64,000 nt of DNA from the human T2T-CHM13v2.0 reference genome, Homo sapiens: the NCBI RefSeq assembly GCF_009914755.1, contig NC_060937.1; one strand, 5' to 3'. Numbering within the stretch: position 1 is the stretch's first letter; every line of letters starts with the position of its first letter. The position numbers were made by a program, and so were the translations under genes. The notes beneath the pieces are model-generated. The model did no database searches and was not told where the DNA came from. It saw only the letters and a program-made list of their open reading frames with translations. This document shows positions 59,155-64,000 of this stretch, one piece after another.

Positions 59155-59478
59155 TTCTTGTGGAATACTGTCACAAGCCTCAGATGAAATGTTCTAAATA
59201 AGAGTTGCATGGAAGCATTCTGGTTGCAAGAGAAGAAATGTGAAATACCAGGCAGAGGCAGATTCTATTGCTGCTGATTCAGATGCACTTTAGATTTTAG
59301 CGCCATTTCAGTGTTCCCATGTAGCTGTAGATTCCTTTTGAGTTTTGAAGTGCTATGCTTTTATGAAAAAGCACGTATCAGAATAGGGAGATAATATTAG
59401 AAATCACACAAAAATCACACGTCTGCTTCTATTTTTAGGTGTTTGTCCTTGAATTTGTTTTCTCAGTTCATTCAATTC

Positions 59479-59764
59479 TTTTTTTTTTTTTTTTCTCTGT
59501 CGCCCAGGCTGGAGTGCAGTGGCGCGATCTCCGCTCACTGAAACCTCCGCCTCCTGGGTTCAAGTGGTTCTCCTGCCTCAGCCTCCCTGAGTAGCTGGGA
59601 CTACAGATGCCCACCACCATGCCCAGCTAATTTTTTGTATTTTTAGTAGAGACAGGGTTTCGCCATGTTGGCCAGGCTGGTTTCGAACCCCTGAGCACAG
59701 GTGATCCGCCCGCCTGGGCCTCCCAAAGTGCTGGGATTACAGGCATGAGCCACTGCGCCTGGCC
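59479..59764 (-). mobile_element. Alu (AluS-like)
   Basis: Antisense Alu with poly-T. Confidence 0.92.
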
Positions 59765-61487
59765 TATCTCCATTCTTTTTTATTGTGACCCTGAGTTCTC
59801 TCACCAGCATCTTTTCCAACTGAGCATGTGATAGTTTTTAACATTAAAAGAGCCTGTTTCAGTTCAGTCTTTTTGTTATTGTTATCTATCTCATTGCCTT
59901 AGTTTAGCTCTTTCTCTGATGTGTGCTACCCAGATCCATCCTGATTTCCTTGATCTTCAGAAATGTACACCTGCCACTTTGAGAGGAATTGAACATTTAG
60001 AAATTTACAACTTTCAAATACTAGAGATTTATAAGACTCTTGGAGTCTTCCCAAATAATATTTTTTAAAAGTTGCTGTGTCCTGATATTGTTTTCCAAAG
60101 TCACTATTCCATTTATTAAGGGTAAGTCAGAGTCACTATTCAATTTATACCTGAAAGCCTGACTTAGGAGCAGAATTTGTGCTTTGGGGAGTCATTTGTT
60201 TTATTAAAAAGAATTGGTCCCTTGAGTCCGCTTGCCTAACTTGAAACAAATATTAAAAGATAGAAACTTTGTTTAGTCAGTATTCTGAAAGTGGTAGTGT
60301 TTATCTCTCTAGGCACAAAGATATTAAGTATAAGGGAGAGTTTACATTCAATATGGGCAAAGGTGTATTCCTTACTCTGAGATTTAAGAAAGATTTGTTG
60401 AAAATGATCGACCCACCCATAGTAGAATGTAAAGGCTTATATCTCTGTGAGTGTACCAATGATAGGCATATTCCCCTCCCATTTTAATATTTTCACAAAA
60501 TACAGTTGATGCCAAGAGACTTGTGATATTGCAGCTGAGGAGTAGCTTCTGATTTGGTCTGAGCTGAGCTAGACTTCTCTTCCATTTCTGCTTTCTTGTT
60601 CTTCACCTGGTCTGTGCTTTTCTGATGCTGTAGAATTGGACAATCTTAGATTTATTTGCAGATTATTTTTAGCCTTTGCTTTACTGCTCAAAGTTTACTT
60701 TAGTGACCAAATTTCTACAAATTTGCTCCTGCCATATTTCTTCCTCAAAAACCCATCACTATTCACTTCTATCTTGGAAATTGTTTACATCTTCATCTAT
60801 GAGTGGTAGCTTTATGAGCACTATACACACGTTGTGACTAGGTTTTTAGCATGTTTTGGTGGGAAGATTTATACTTGTGATGGGCCAAGTTGAAAACCTG
60901 GGCATAGCATGGATATCATAATACTTTTCAGTGAATGCCATTGAAAGGTCTTCTTGTCTTCTTTCTTCCCTCCACTTCTCACATGAGCACTTCTGTTCAA
61001 CTATAGGATGTCTGATGTTACATACACTCATTTGGTCTCACATGACCGAGGCTCAGAATTCTTTTAGGGAGGTACCTATTCTTCCATCAATGACTTCTCA
61101 TTGGTCCAATGAGGGTGCCAAATATTTTGACTTTCTCTTTCTCGTGCTTATTTTTCTCCTGGTATGTAGCAGATAAATAGCAAACAAAAACAATAGTAAC
61201 AGCAAAACATACCAGAACAAAAACCAGGAGAACATAAAAAATGCAATGGTGCGCAAAAGTACCATGGGTCTCTCTCTCTCTCTTTTTTTTTTCTTTAAGC
61301 AGAGGCATATAGCTGCTTTGCATCCATTTGAATGGGATTCCCTTTCTGTGTAGAGGTACTGATGAGTCTTTTTTTAGGGGGGGATGAAGAATTGTGCAGA
61401 ACTGCAAAGTGCATCCTGGCTTGAAACTTTTGATTGTTCTACCTTATCTCATGAGGGTTACTTTCTCTACTGTCCTTTGCTTCACAG

Positions 61488-61891
61488 GTGCTCACGTGAC
61501 GGCCACAGATTTACCCGAATTACTTGGAAACCTGCAATATAATATTTCCCGAAACACCAAAATGAAAAGCAAGCATTTGCCTCAGGTTAAAGAACTCTCC
61601 TGGGGAGTAGCTTTAGATACAAACTTCCCCAGGTCTTCTAATAATTTTGACTATATTTTGGCAGCGGACGTGGTCTACGCTCATCCTTTCTTGGAAGAGC
61701 TCCTCATTACCTTTGACCATCTGTGCAAAGAAACCACCATCATCCTGTGGGCCATGAAATTCAGGTTGGAGAAGGAAAATAAATTTGTAGATAGATTTAA
61801 GGAGTTGTTTGACCTGGAGGAAATTTCCAGTTTCCCTAGCCTGAATATTAAGTTGTATAAAGCTGTGAAGAAAAACCGGAGGAGCGTATGA
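61488..61891 (+). pseudogene. METTL21EP: METTL21EP terminal exon
   Basis: cacag| acceptor; AHVTATDLPELLGNLQYN...FDYILAADVVY...KKNRRSV* (tail of ORF 61394..61891). Confidence 0.9.
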
Positions 61892-62007
61892 CATCCTCGA
61901 TGAGGATGTGGAAATGCTAAGGCAATTTTTAGCAAATAATCACTTTAAAGAAAACCCTGAATAACTTTATGTGCCACTGAGTTTCCCAAGGGGAAATACA
62001 CACACAG

Positions 62008-62010
62008 ATG

Positions 62011-62064
<54 letters not shown>
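62008..62064. repeat. (GC)n(AC)n alternating purine-pyrimidine microsatellite
   Basis: atgcgcgcgc followed by about 24 CA units, just 3' of the METTL21EP stop. Confidence 0.93.
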
Positions 62065-62067
<3 letters not shown>

Positions 62068-64000
62068 CCCCCTACTACAAGAATAGAAGATAGTTTCCCA
62101 AATTTGCCTCACCCCAGGCAGTAATTTTTCCAGATACTGCATGTGAGTCTAGGATTGGGGTAACTTGTTCCTAGTTTGTCTCTATCAGCACCCAGGCCCT
62201 GGGCCTGCCTTCTACTCATGCGGTAATAGAAGCTCTTGGCAAAGTCACACTGCACTGTTGTTGTCTGTTCTCCTTTTTCCTTATATCATCATTTATTATT
62301 ATTTTAATAATGGTGCAATTATTTTTAATGTATAATCACAAAATGATAGTTTTTAATAATATCTCTTCAGTGAAACTTGTTATTCTTTTAAACATAAGTG
62401 TAGATGATTCTCTCTTTAGAAATAATGAAATTGACTACAGTGGGATCTGCAAATAAATCTGAACAGACAGATACATAATGTAATGGTAAATTTCCGACTT
62501 GTGTGGTTTTCATTAGTGCCAGCTTATAGGTGGTCTGTCATCTCTGCCTGGCAGAGTAGACCTCTGATGTAACCTCCGATGAAATCAGTCAAGCTTGTGG
62601 ATTTGAGGTCATGGATGAGGACATTTTATTCTGCTAAATGAAAAGTGAATGAATGCAAGCAAAAATTGTTGAGACATTGGAGAAGTTATTGTTTTGTTTT
62701 AAGCCAACTATCATTATTTTGTATCACAAAAACAGAAATAAATACAAATGCTTTGGGTTAAAAATACATATGAAAAGATATAGGCCTCTAATCTCAGATA
62801 ATCAGACATATAGCTGGTTTTAAAGTTTAAAGCTCTTCTGATGAACATATATACATCTAGATACTTGAAATATTATGCGACTTTTTCACATATGCTTTCC
62901 TTAGAGACTAGAATAAAGTCTGTAGTAATTCAAGTCAGTGCAAAAAGAGCAAAGAATTAGGATTTTGTACTATGTAACTGCCTAGACGACACTGGTTGGC
63001 AATTACTCTGCTGTGTCCCCAGTAACATTTTTTAGGCTGTTGCTGTGCCCTCGGGGTGATACTTTCCTTCCTAGAATTAGTCCTTTCTGCTTTGCTGAAA
63101 GTTTTCTGTCTACTCCAGGTTGAGTATAGATGAAAAGAATATTTTCTAGGACTCTGATCAGTAAGTCAGGATACAAATATACTCCAGTGTATTTTATTTT
63201 ATTTTTTTAGTACATGTGGTTCATGGGACCATCTCTCAGTAATTCCCAATATTTACATGGATCTTTGTCATTTTCACAGTCTGTTACTTACATAAAGTCA
63301 TTTAATCCTCACAACCATTCTAAGAGGTAGAAGCTATGCTATCCCTGCTTCACGGATAAAGAAACTGAGGCTGAGATGTCCCCTGGCTACACATCTGCAG
63401 AGTGGCAGTGCTAGGACATTCAAGTCCAGGTCTGTATGAGCCCAAAGCTGTATTAACCACTGCACTGTCTTTATGTATTTAAAACAAGAATTTTCAAGCT
63501 TTTAAAAACAGGTGAAGTCATTTCTTCAAAATCTAATAAATATCCAGAAAGATAAGCAAATACATTAAAAAAATGAGAACTGTTCCATTTTAAAACTTTT
63601 ATTTCCTATATGAGTAGGTCAGGGTAGGCTTGTTTCGAAGGCAATATTTAGGTGAAGCTGACAGGAGGTAGCAGTGTAGGTGTCTGGGGAAGGGTGTTGC
63701 AGGCAGAAGGAACAACCACACAGGGATCTGGAGGCAGGAGCCAGCCAATCCTCTGGAAATATCAAAGGCCAGTGTGCTTGGCACAGAGTGAGCAGGAGAG
63801 GCTGGCGCAGAGTGAGCAGGAATTCAGAGAGGCTACAGGGAGCTAGATCACGTAGGACTGTGTTGCAGGCTGGGTTCTCTAGAAACAGACTCTGAGAGGG
63901 AATTGGGTGAGCAGGTCATTTTTTAGGGAGTGCTGTTGAAATGAAGACCTATGGAAGGGAGTGGAAGGAAGTAGGACAGAAACAGGTCGAGCTGCAATGC

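Noticed and set aside
59429-59438. Perfect MEF2-type CTATTTTTAG in a METTL21EP intron
   Set aside because: The same 10-mer occurs in ERCC5 intron 12 (35900-35909) and is expected by chance in AT-rich DNA.

Overview
Human genomic DNA, recognisable as chr13q33.1, with three loci on the + strand. (1) The last three coding exons and 3' UTR of BIVM. (2) The complete 15-exon ERCC5/XPG nucleotide-excision-repair endonuclease gene, with a CpG-island promoter; the exons I spliced by hand total 3561 nt (1186 aa + stop). (3) METTL21EP, an annotated pseudogene of the METTL21 protein-lysine methyltransferase family. The rest is intronic or intergenic DNA rich in Alu, L1, L2, LTR and DNA-transposon relics. 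I found no wholly new biological system. The best leads concern splicing and pseudogene status. ERCC5 has three non-canonical introns: U12 GT-AG intron 1, GC-AG intron 3 and U12 AT-AT intron 13. A U12-like donor hidden in the last BIVM coding exon is in frame with the U12 acceptor of ERCC5 exon 2 and could explain the BIVM-ERCC5 readthrough fusion. A duplicated decoy 3' splice site lies exactly 100 nt upstream of ERCC5 exon 11. A five-exon METTL21EP model shows only one visible stop, with downstream in-frame ATGs leaving the whole methyltransferase domain open. A Mutator-like (Ricksha) transposon fossil still shows readable transposase motifs. Gene names, repeat subfamilies and SNP identities come from recall, not from searches; repeat boundaries are approximate.
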